This document shows positions 49,679-61,759 of a stretch of DNA of 64,000 nt, piece by piece (position 1 is the stretch's first letter; every line of letters starts with the position of its first letter). A program made the position numbers and the translations under genes. The notes under the pieces were generated by a model. The model was not told the DNA's origin. It saw only the letters and a list, made by a program, of their open reading frames with translations, and did not search any database. Source of the stretch: Takakia lepidozioides. Lineage: Eukaryota; Plantae; Bryophyta. Location of the stretch: positions 19,158,001 through 19,222,000 of the forward strand of contig CM060734.1 in NCBI GenBank assembly GCA_030704615.1, read 5' to 3'.

Positions 49679-52600
49679 ATGGCCCAAGGGGAGTGGATAT
49701 TGGGTGAAGATGAGGGAGGAATGAAGCCCTTGGTATACGGCAATCCCGAACACTGTCAGTGCCACTGGTAGTGTTGAGTGCAACCTATGTGGATTAAAGC
49801 TTTCTTATCGTAAGGATCGGTTGCTCGCTCACCTCGGTTATAAAGGTGTGAAGAGCGCTGGGGTAGGTTTATGCCCTAAAGCATCTATGCGGGTAAAAAG
49901 CCACTTTGCCCAGTGTGGAGGCAATATTCCAATGTCTTTGGATCTGGACATGACCTCTGAGCAGAACACTTTATCTGCCCGTCAGGATGCCCCAATTAGT
50001 ACCCATGGCGACTCTTGTGAGGCTTCAGGTGTCCTTGGACAAGTGGGTTGTGCCGGAGCAACACCTGCTTCAACACCTCTTTATACCCCTACACTTCAAC
50101 GGAGTAGAGGATTACGGCAACAATCCATGCAGGAAGGTCTTAACTTGTCTGCAAAAAGACAGTTCGATAAAAAATGGGCACAGTTTTTCTTCGAGACCAA
50201 CATACCATTTAATGTGGCAAGGCTTCCGGCATTTGTTTATGCCGTTAGAGCAACCTCAGAGTCCAGATCCATGTATGTGCCTCTGACTTATCACAATCTC
50301 CTCACATGATTGCTAGAAGACGCCATGACCGAGCTTACCCAAAAGGTCAACGATAGGACGGGCGAGTGCATCAGAAAATATGGAAGCACTATATGTGCCA
50401 ATGGTTGGAGTTCTGTTACAAACAGACCGTTGTTCAATGTCATGCTCGTATGTCCAACTGGGGAACAATTCTTGGGATCGGTCGATACTAGCGGCAAGAA
50501 GAAAGATGGACGTTATCAATGCCAACTATTGTCGGACTTCATCGAACAGGCCGGAAGTGATAGAATCGTGTAAATATGCACAGATAATGCCGTTAACATG
50601 AGAAACACTGCAGACATGTTGTTGGCACGTTATCCCCATATGTACTATCAAGGTTGTGCTGCTCATATCATTGACCTCCTTTTGGAAGATTGAGGTAAAG
50701 AACAGTGGATGAAACAACTTGTCAAGCGAGCGAAGACTGTTGTGTCGTTCATCCGCACACACCACATCCCTTTAGCAATATATAGGAGGCACGAACCCAA
50801 ATACATCCTCCGCAATCCAGGCGAAACTCGTTTTGGCACTAACTACTTTATGGTGGATCGGTTAGTGACGGTGAAAAGCAGTCTGGAGCACACCATCATC
50901 GATCCTCAATGGGATGCGTACACACGGACATTGCGGGACTCCAGAAAAACCAAGTCATTGGGCAAAAGTCGAAAAGTTCGAAATAACATTCGCAGCGATG
51001 ATTTCTGGAAGAAATGTGAAAACTTTGTTTATATGGTAGAGCCGGTGTTAATCATCATGCGGGAGTTTGATGGAAAACAACCAGTAATGGGCAAGACATG
51101 GTTACTAATGCAAAATCTTGATAAGCACGTCCAATCCTTGAGACATCCTCCCTTCTCCTTGGAACCTGAACTTGCGGACAGTGTTGAGGATGCATTTTAC
51201 AACCGTCGTTCGATGGTTTGAACGGACTTGCATTATGCGGGGGCTTTGCTCAATCCATTCTTGCTCGACAATACCATGCTCCGAGACGACGCTGCTGCCA
51301 AGGCCGGCCTCGTGCAAGTGCTCATGCGACTGGCTCCGCCGAACATGGCAAAGACAGCTATATCCGAGTACCAATGCTTCTCAGATCGCCTCGACCCTTT
51401 TGAGAACATGTCGGATCCAAAAAAACTCAATATGTTGCCCACATGAATGGTGGGATCTGATTGGAGCTGGAGCAAGAACATTGGCTCCCATTGCGAACCG
51501 TATTCTTGTTCAAGTGTGCTCTGCCTCATCTTGCGAACGCAATTGGAGCAGTTACTCATTTGTTCACAACAAGATTCACAACAAGTTGAATCCCGCGAGG
51601 GCTGACAAATTGGTGTATGTGTATACCAATTGCCGACTGTTACGTGAGAGGGCAGCGGATGATGCTGCAGCATGGTATAAGAGGAATTTGCATTCCGAAG
51701 ACTCTGCTTCTGAGGTATATTCGATGAGTGACGATACTGAGCCTCAGAGAGAATCATCTCAGAGGGAATCATCTGCCTCCGATAGTGAGGATGGATCCGA
51801 TGATGCTCCCGAAAATGCGTATGACCCGTTTACATTCACAGAGGATGATGCTTATATCCAGCCGACCTTTGATGACATTCTTGAAGAAGTGCGTATCGCA
51901 GATGAAGGTGAAGCTGCAATTGTGTCATCCCCAGAACATGGTCCTCAAAATGAAGTTGGGGTCGACCCTCGCCCCCCACTACACGCTGAAGCCACCGGTG
52001 GTGCCCCAATGGAGCTTATGGATGATGAACTTCCAGGAACGAGCGATGAACGCAACCCTGTTCATACAAACGATGATGTCGAACCCATAGTACAGTCGAC
52101 GGGACGAGATTATGCCTCACCGATACGACCAGCTCCACCACAATGCCAAAATCGATCCAGCTCCCCATCAACACAGTGGGCATTAAGGAGCAACAGGGTT
52201 GATCTGTTTTCCACACGCACGCATCATTCTATTGCATTGGACCGGGCGGAAGTTGAAGCCTCGGATGTGACAACCTGTCACTACAATTCCACCTTAACCG
52301 ACGTGTTACGCAGCAGACCCGTGGTTCCTCACACGCCGGACCATCTAATGCCGGTCCATCTCGGGCAGACCCCCCTCCGGTATCTCCTTCGAGATCACCT
52401 TCGATTGCGTCCCAAGCCCATAAACGACAAAAAACATTCCAACCTTTTGTAGGCGATCGGCCCACAAACATGCCAGATACCGTGGATGGTATTCAAGACC
52501 GGAGTGGGAGTCGACCTCAGAGAGAACTAAATGTGGTTCGAGGTCGCTTGCAGATTCAAAGACCTGGACATATGAGGTCGGATAGAGAGGACGATTCCAG

Positions 52601-52712
52601 CACTGATCATGACAATGGTGGTGAAATCGAGGGTGACCCGGATTTTCAACCCATCGGAGCATTAAGATTAGGATCTTCTTCGTCCCGCCGTCGAAGCAGT
52701 AGAAAGAATTGA
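49679..52712 (+). pseudogene. hAT transposase (BED finger, DUF659-type core, dimerisation domain, acidic tail)
   Basis: CNLC...H...C; NIPFNVA; CANGW (DGW mutated); TDNA; CAAH; PGETRF; WW...SASSCERNWS. Stops at 50307, 50571, 50691 and 51219; frameshift ~51430. Confidence 0.93.
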
Positions 52713-52979
52713 AGCAAAACAGCTGTAGGCATGCATCAGCACATTTTAGTGGACATGTTTACATTTCTGTAGTGAAGTAATACCAGTGTGATCATTGTCA
52801 CTATGAGTATTTCTATTGTTGTTGTATGTGTTGGAAAATAAAAGATGTTGCACATGTGTATACCAGCCAAAATGTCGGCCAAAGGCACCGTCACTTGCTC
52901 ATGTTTGTGATCGGTGATTTGCTTGTGGAATGGAGAACAATTGTGCCATGCTTCCAACTCTGCATTCATTTTTATTTTA

Positions 52980-54530
52980 ATGTAGCGATCGGCATCACTG
53001 GCGGTCGCATTTATTTTTTATTCTTTGTAAATACAGTGAACGCGATGTAATAGCGATCGTCTTTTGTTTCTTCGTAAAATTACAGGCGGTCGCTTTAATT
53101 TCAATTTTTTTCTGAAAATCCAGCGACTGCCAATAGTGGCGGTCGGTTGTTTTTTAAATTTTGGAGAATGGATCGACTGCCATATTTTGCGGTCGTTTTT
53201 TTGGGATTTTTAAATGGAGCGACCGCCAAGGTGGCGGTCGCTTCTACGAGGTGTGCCTTGCGCATGGAGCGAGGAGTGAGGCGGGGGGAGGGGGGCATAT
53301 AAGTTCGGACTCATTCTCCCCTCACTTCTATTACGGGTGGTCGCTTGAAGTTTGTTTTTGTTTTTGTAAATGCAGTGACCGCCATTATTGGGGGTCGTTA
53401 TAATTGTTTTAAAAAAAAAATGCAGCGACCGCCAATACTGGCGGTTTTTATTTTTCTTTTTTTTTGCGAAATGGAGCAACCGCCATTTGTGGCAGTCCTG
53501 TTTTTTTGTTTTTAATAGAGCGACCGCCAAGGTGGCGGTCGCTTCTACGAGGTCTGCCCTGCACGTGGAGCGAGGAATGAGGTGGGGGGGGGGGGGGGGC
53601 ATATAAGCTCCCAGTCATTCTCCCCTCACTTCCATTATTGGCAGTTTTTATTTTTACAAAATGCAGCGACTGCCATTTCTGGCGGTCGCTGTAATGGTTA
53701 TTTTTAAAAATGAAGCGACCGCCATTACTGGCGGTCGCTTTTATTTTAATTATTTTGGAAATGAAGCGACCGCCATTACTGGCGGTCACTTTTATTTTAA
53801 TTATTTTGGAAATGAAGCGACCGCCGTTACTACCGGTCGCTTTTTTGTTTTTTTGGAGGAAAATCGAGCGACCACCATTAGGGGCGGTCGCCGCTATTGT
53901 TGTTTTTTGTAATTGCAGCGACCGCCATTAGTGGCGGTCGCTTTTATTTTAATTGTTTTGAAAATGAAGCGACCGCCATTACTAGCGGTCGCTTTATTTT
54001 ATTTTTTTGAAAATGAGGCCACCGCCATTACTGGCGGTCGCTTCTCTGTTTTTTGGAGGAAAATCGAGCGACCGCCATTACGGGCGGTCGCCGCAATGTT
54101 TTTTTTTGTAAATCCAGCGACCGCCACTACTGGCGGTCGCTTTTATTAAAATTTTGTTGGAAATGGAGCAACCGCCATGACTGGCGGTCGCTTTTATTTT
54201 AATTGTTTTGAAAATGAAGCGACCGCCATTACTGGCAGCCGCTGTAATTATTTTAGTTTTATAAATGACGATTTTATTTCCATTTCTTTCGAAATGAAGT
54301 GACCGCCATTACTGGCGGTCGCTTCAATTCTTAATGTCTCTGTAAATGTAGCGACGGCCTATGTTGGCGGTCGCTTATTTATTTTATTTTCGGAAAATGG
54401 AGCGACCGCCAGTTCTGGCAGTTGCTTATTTTTTTTTTAACGGAAATTGGAGCGACTGCCAGTTCTGGCGGTCGTAGTTTTTTTATTTTTCCGGAAAATG
54501 GAGCGACCGCCAAGTTGGCGGTCGCTTCTA
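52980..54530. repeat. Right subterminal-type palindrome array of hAT element
   Basis: gcgaccgccattactggcggtcgc and variants, repeated many times. Confidence 0.92.
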
Positions 54531-54893
54531 AAAGGTTTGCTCTGCACGTGGCCCGATGAATGAGGGGGGGGGGATATAAGCCAATGGAGAGTCATTCTCC
54601 CCTCACTTCCTCTCCACAGAACTTCTGTGTGCGTGACATTTCATTATTCCACGACACGTAGTCACGTGGAGAATGAGGCCATTGGTTGGGTGAGGGGTAT
54701 TTTTTGCCGCGATTTCTGTGAGGTCGTTGCAGAATGCTCCCATAGGCCCTCCTCTGGCTTCTAGGATCATTTTATTCTACAAAATTAGCTTTTAGAAACT
54801 ATTTTGACACATACTCAAACTCGTTTAGGGTGAAGGGTTTAGAGTTACGTCTTATTAGTAAACCTCGTTTAGTGTTGCTCCGATTGTTGCAGA

Positions 54894-57080
54894 ATGAGCG
54901 TCATGGAAGAGATGACCCCAATGAACATGGAACGCCCCCTAAGAAAATCAAATGGTCAAGGCAAAACTTGAATTGGGAAGTATATGGTGACCCTAACATA
55001 CTAGCAGAAGAGGGCTGGGAGGATGTTCCGGAAGAGTTCAGGTGGCCGATGACGAGATGCAAAAAATTCATGAAATGGTACCACATCAATCGATTGTGGC
55101 CTTTGGATAGGCATGACGTGCAAACCCAAAACAATTACGCAGAGTCCAGGTCTTGCACGAACTTGCATTTCCAGCATATGGCGAATGAGGTGCATTGCAT
55201 ATTGTGGGGTCAACTCTCTTAAAGCGTCAAATCCCGTACACCTTGGCAGCCATGTTGTACGTGGAGGTCATACTCTTGCGTCCAGTGAATTGGCAAACTG
55301 CTAGTAGGAGGAACGCAAGGTTGCTATACGATTTGGAGTACATCCCGGACACGTTCGGAATACAACCGGCTGCAACGTTAGAGGAACAACTGGCGAAAAG
55401 AGACCAGCGAATCAGGACCCTGCAGGACCGACTAAACTAGCCGAGTTGGAAGCTAGATTGCAAGACATGCCTCTAAACAATGAAGGCATTATTGTCCACA
55501 ATGAGGATCGAACAAACGTCGTGGACATGGACGCGGAGTTTGCGATGCCCGATCGCAGTATTGACCTCATCATTCACGAAATTATGGACGTCCTTGACCA
55601 TGTGGCCGATGAAACCATGGTTGAGGGACAGAGAATTACGGATGAGAGAAGGAGGAAAGGAAAAGAACCAATACTGGAAACCGGGGAGTGCTCGAGGGTC
55701 GCCATTCAATCCGAGAAGAATCCGATATTAGATGTCGACCACGTTACAAAGGAGCGGGACATTGCCATGGCAACTGCATGGCGCTTATCCAAAACGCTGG
55801 AGATTCGGGCATGGGTCCCATTGAAGGGCGATTGGGAGAATTAGGTACAATGGGCGACCCATTTGGCCTCCAGATAAGCACGGGTAGAGCGGGCACTGTC
55901 AGGCTTGCAACGTGTCGCACGCATGTCGAATCGTAACGTGGATAACATTTATACCAACATGCAAAGGTATAACGATCTCCATATCGCATCAAGCATGTTC
56001 GCCGGGTATACCAATTGGGTAGATGTGGATTCTATGTTCGATCGATGTGAGCACAGAATTTCAGGGTCCAACAGAAGCATAAACTGGGAATTGGAGATAG
56101 AGGAAGAATGGGACACCACAACAAGGATGAGCAGCCATATCAGACCGGCCCAGAGGGAGGAGATACCATGAGACATTTTGCCGTCATGGATATCAGATGG
56201 CATAGTTTGTTCGATGTGTAGGAATCCATACGGCCCAGAGGGATGTCATGTGCTTGGATCATGTGGACATATGTTCCATCTCACATGTTTTATCCCGCAA
56301 GCCTTGCGGATGAGCGCTTGCCCAGAATGCCGTACACTAATCCATCGCCGTTTCTATGAGCTGGTGGGCTTGGAGGAATGGATGCCCATAGGTTTTGAAT
56401 ACAATCGACACAACCTCCCATTGGATGGGCTACCATTCACATTTCTGAATTGTGTGCATTGGGGCAAGAACTTGGTATGGGATGCAGACAGAGAGATGCA
56501 TGGCATACATGCCAGAAACCCGACATACATCAAAGATCCCCAGCATTTATGGGTCACATCTGACTGGGAGATAACCATACGTGCGGGAGGCATTCGAGAT
56601 TGGTGGGAGAGAGAGCAATTTTGCCGCAATCTGGGAAGGCATTGGAGTCAAAGAAGGTCCAGGTTTATCCGGCTCCCACAGGTTCCATGGGTGCCGGAGG
56701 AGAACGAATTGTATGACCGACAACCGATTGGGAGACATTTGTTGTTGTCCTGTTGCGCCATGCTTCGCAACTCGCATCGGCGTTTGGCACAACGGGTGTT
56801 TTCTTGTTGTAGACCTCTTCATTCCTCGACCACCAACGTTCAATTATTGTGAACATAACATTTGCTTTCTTGGAGATTCCTTCATTCTCTTTCTATGGCT
56901 AACCTGTCAATTTACATGTTGATGGAAGTGATGAAGAATCTGAAGAAGAGGAAATCGAATTCCCGTCTATTCCCCGAATGTCAGACCTGTGTAAGAGAAT
57001 GGAGGACGCCCACAACTCAGTGCGGAAGCGTAGAGTGGCAACCAATCGCTACGATAACCTTCGAGGAGCAGCGTGAGTAG
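54894..57080 (+). pseudogene. RING-H2 finger protein with N-terminal transposon-like region and coiled coil, decayed
   Basis: CSMC...CGHMFHLTC...CPEC in ORF 56178..56852. Upstream segments are broken by stops at 55438, 55842 and 56169 and a frameshift ~55220. Confidence 0.75.
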
Positions 57081-58659
57081 ACAACCGTCCATCGTATTCC
57101 CAACTGTTTGATTCCTGGGCATTATGATGTCTACGCATGTTTGAGATGTCCTCACTTTACAAACGCGGGCGGATCTAGTACTGTACAAACTGGAGATTGA
57201 CTACTGCCATTTTTTGATCTTGTGTGCTGTTGGATAACTACAGACCCGGGAGCACCATCCTTGGTTTGTATAAGTAAATAATGTTGGAATGCACCTACAC
57301 TGTTGACTATAGGTGAAGTGTCTTCAGTCAGATTGGAATGATGTAATGTGGTCTTTCCTGGAGGACGACAAGATGCGAGTGTTGTGGCTGCAACAACTAT
57401 GGGCCCCCCATGCTGACCTCCTTCCACCCTCGTGTGAAGGTCGTACTCAAAATTTGTTGCGTAAGTCGACTGTAACACTTCTTACACTTCTTTCAACCAC
57501 TCACTGGTTCCTCATTCATTGATCGATACATATTCCAAGATACAGAAGTCAAATATCATGCAAGTACAGTACAAGTATCATCATGAACGACTCCCCATCT
57601 AGTGCTAGACCCGAATTGTCGGACTAATGAGGATGCACGTGACAATTGAAGATAGAAACATTGTTCACCTAGTTTTGGATTGGGCATGTGCCAATTTGTC
57701 TGTTATAGCAAACACGATAAAATATTTTATAACCAAAATATTCATGGAGATGAAACATTTGGACCATTTACGTTAGGTAGTGGACGAACCATTTTGGGGC
57801 ACCATGGACACAATCTATTCAAATTTTCATACATATCAAATTTGATGATTGAGTTCATATGGCTCATTCCCCATCGAGAAGATAGTAGAAGTTCAGACCC
57901 ATACATGGCCATATGTCAATGGTAGATTAGTTATGCAATTGTACAATTTCAAATTGGTGAAGAAAAGGGGGAGCGGAAATAAAGTAGAATGTGCTTATGG
58001 GTTTGAGGAGAATCACACGAGAGGAAGCAAGGGAAAAAGGAGTCAAAGCACATTACATCTATCTTCTTGTAGTGACTGAATTCTGAAGTTTTCATGAGAT
58101 ACAAAGAATGAAGATAGGTTAGACAAGGCAGTAATGTTGTCACACAATAATTGATTAATGGATAACCGAATGAAATATTGCGACATATATTCAAGATGAT
58201 GTTATGAAGATCAATATGATGTTATGATCAAGCAAATGTTATGATGAAGAACATGTTACGAAGACGAAGGAGTCAGACACGCTGTTTGGAATCACCATTC
58301 GACAAAAACATGGTGCAAACCATTGGATGGCTATCCAAAATTGTTTGATTGTTCCATATCTCATGCTATGTATGTGTGTTTTCCAGCCAAAAGTACATGA
58401 TCTTGAATCCTTCATGTGGATTTGTGGTTGGTTCCTGTTGCTGAACTTAGGTATATTGGTGTCTGACAACTCCTATTCATTTGGCGAAAACAAACGGGAG
58501 TCCATCTTGGAGCAAACGGTCAATAAAAGGATGCAGTTGGTGGAGCACAACAAAGTCGCCAAGAAAACGACACTCATGCTTCACAATATGTTGTCCGTTG
58601 AAGCTGCTGTTCGGGTGATGGAAAAAATTTATTCGATGGAGAGTCCTCCTCTTCTGCAG

Positions 58660-59640
58660 ACTAAGAGGTACGAGAATGGAAATCAATGTGACACTATTGG
58701 GTGTCACCCTTTTCTGGTGTATTTGCTCATACATATTGAAAGCCTCCGCCCCATACCGATGGTGAGGCACATATCCTGCAACCATTGCAATACATGAGAG
58801 GACAACATGTGGAGCCATTTTGTCGAAATGATGCTCCCGCATTTGGCATAAATGTGAACTGGAAGGGTTGTCTCCAGAATGATATCTTGTGCAGTCCCAA
58901 CTTGGCAGACATGAATATGTATTAAAAACAGCTAGGACACCTCTTTGGTTGAAACTGTACAACACCTCTTTCATCCATGTTGCCTCACATAGTGACCTGA
59001 AAAAAGCTCTTGTTGGGTCGGTCTCTTGGTCCTCTTTCCAAAACGGTGGTGCTGGTGCACATGCTATCCTTGTAGTCGGGTTGCAGTCCACTAAAGAAGT
59101 GTCTGATTCACCCTACCATCCTCTCCGACTCAACTCTTACTTGAAAACCTTTACTCTCAATTGCACATATTGTATCCTATTTTGGATCCAAGGTACTCCT
59201 AGAAACACTCATTTTGAGAACAATTTTATTTCAAGATCAATTCACAAGAATTTCATAACAACTGGAGTAATGTACTTTGGGAATAGACTGCACCAACTCT
59301 TCCTATTGTAGACTGACAACAAAACCATCACCTGTCTGTCCTGGACCTTCTATCAGGAAGAAGCTCTGCTTCCACCCCATGAGGGTTTGCCCAACTCTCA
59401 ACCCAAAGGACATCCTTTGTGTTTTTTTGTGTGAAGTCTAGTAATGTTCGACTATTGTGTGAAAACCACTAGTGAGCATCAAATCAGGAATGGCTCAAGC
59501 ACATCCTCACACTGAATAGCACATAATGGACATGTGTGCCAAACATTCCCCTCAAGTAAGCGTTCGCAGAAATGGGTGAACGGAATGTGGTGAAGTGGAG
59601 TGCCATAATAGCAGGATATGCCCAATTTTGAAATGACAAA
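58660..59640. pseudogene. Degenerate PLS-type pentatricopeptide repeat (PPR) fragments on both strands
   Basis: Minus strand: FDKM...SCIAMVAGY...GAEAFNMYEQI...VTPNSVTLISIL. Plus strand ~59525-59630: MDMCAK...FAEMGERNVVKWSAIIAGYAQ. Confidence 0.7.
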
Positions 59641-59789
59641 GGATAACAACTTCAGCAAGCAATGCCCACCATGACATTGAACCCTTGTGCATGGAAGATC
59701 AGATACCTACGTACCCCAGTCCTCCAATGGTCCTCCAGGTGATGCAGAATGTAAAGTCGATTCTGGATCAATCAATTTTGAACATCATT

Positions 59790-60541
59790 GGAAATAGCAA
59801 GGACCAAGGTACTAATTGTCGTCACACATACTTATGTCTATTGATGGATGGACTATGGAATGAATACGTTTTGATGCAAAGTATATCTATACATGTCGAC
59901 ACATAACAAAACTAGAATGACAACAGATTTATGTAGAGGTGCCATAATATCACCTTTAAAGAGATATTGCAATATGGGTACAGTCCACATTGTTATGAGT
60001 GCCCTCCTGAACATTTGCTTTAAGTCGGTTGATCATGACAAAATTGCGGTTATACATTATGGTTGAATGTAGGTTGGATGCCCAACCCTGATTAGATACA
60101 GGATGAGGCAGTGATTTGTGAGAGTTGCATGACCCAAGTTTTGTGATTTTTCCCATATGCACGCGGGTCGGGATATGGGAAAAATCACAAAACTTGGGTC
60201 ATGCAACTCTCACAAATCACTGCCTCATCCTGTATCTAATCAGGGTTGGGCATCCAACCTACATTCAACCATAATGTATAACCGCAATTTTGTCATGATC
60301 AACCGACTTAAAGCAAATGTTCAGGAGGGCGCTCATAACAGTGTGAACTGTACCCATATTGCAATATCTCTTTAAAGGTGATACTATGGCACCTCTACAT
60401 AGATATATTGCCATTCTAGTTCTGTTATGTGTCGACATATATAAATATACTTTGCATCAAAACATATTCATTCCATAGTCCATCCATCAAGAGACATGAG
60501 TACTTGTGACAACAATCAGTACCTTGGTCGTTGCTCTTTCC
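59790..60541. repeat. Long inverted repeat: 369-bp arms, 14-nt loop
   Basis: Arms 59790-60158 and 60173-60541, loop gcacgcgggtcggg. Nearly identical translated ORFs on opposite strands. Confidence 0.97.
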
Positions 60542-60693
60542 ACGGATGAAACTCAGCCCACAAAAACCATGTGGATGGACAACGCTTCAAATGCCCATTG
60601 ATCAAGCTCCTTCCACGGGTGCATTGCCTTTTCAAGCTCTTTTTGAAATGAGACGTGTAAGGCTCGATCATATGCAATTCAATGACAATATAT

Positions 60694-61032
60694 TTAGTTC
60701 ATGCGCAATCTCAGCTCCTCCAGTAACTGTATCGCCTGTGGGGTAGCAATTGTTTGTTTCTGCAGAATTGTGGTGCTCTTCACCCTGATTTCCTCCATTC
60801 CTCTCACTCTCTTCATTTTAGACTCACAGAACTGTTTTGGCTGTAACAACTGCAGGAATGCCTGTAGTGCACAAAGCATAAACGTATGGTTGCCGCAGAA
60901 AGCTATGGGTAATTTCTTGTAAGCATGCGGGGCTTGCAAGCATCGCTCAAGAGAAAAGCTCCGCTCTGTCCTTTCGTGTCTATGCCACTGCGTAAGTAAT
61001 ATTGCGAGCGTATAGTCTGTTAGTTCCTCCAT
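60694..61032 (-). pseudogene. Start of the Gypsy extra 3' ORF, truncated
   Basis: MEELTDYTLAILLTQW...LLEELRL is homologous to 9263-9590. Confidence 0.8.
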
Positions 61033-61510
61033 AGTTTCCAAGCTATAGCATTGATGGTCTGTCCCGTCGAGACGCCCGTTACTCAGAACGACGCCGCCTC
61101 TTGCGCTCAATTTCCCTCCATTTTCTTGATCCTTTATCTGGTTTTCTATTGGCTGTATCCGCTGTGACTGGATTTTAGATTTATATTTCTTTAGTGGACT
61201 TTCCCTGTTGGATAGTCCACTAGGATCACACATGTGACAAGAATTCCGCTTTTCTGTACTTGCCGTTCGTTCCGTTTCCCTTTTTCCGTATTCATTAATG
61301 GGCCCGCCTTTCATCCCTTGTGACGGCCGTTCTTGTCCTCTTTCTTTTTGACACCTGTTCTTGCACTTCCTTCTCGGCTGTGAATCGCGCCCTAACCTCC
61401 ACGTGTCTATTTTTAAAGTAATTTCCGTTTTCTCTTCCGTCAGCCATTTTCCTGAAGTTATTATGCGTCCACTTGTCACTGATTCTATGGATCGTGTAAC
61501 TTTAGTAGGC

Positions 61511-61750
61511 TGTGTTGAGCTGTGACAGGCTGTGTCATACTATGTTACGCTGTGATAGGCTGTGCTTTGCCTTGATGGGCTGTGATAGGCTATGTCACGT
61601 CGTGATGGGCTGTGATAGGTTGTGTCACGTCGTGATGGGCTGTGATAGGCTGTGCTTTGCCTTGATGGGCTGTGATAGGCTATGTCACGTCGTGATGGGC
61701 TGTGATAGGCTGTGTCACGTTGTGATGGGCTGTGATAGGCTGTGTCACGT
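61511..61750. repeat. 30-bp minisatellite (~8 copies) between integrase and the extra ORF
   Basis: gggctgtgataggctgtgtcacgtcgtgat and variants. Confidence 0.95.
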
Positions 61751-61759
61751 TTGTTTTGC

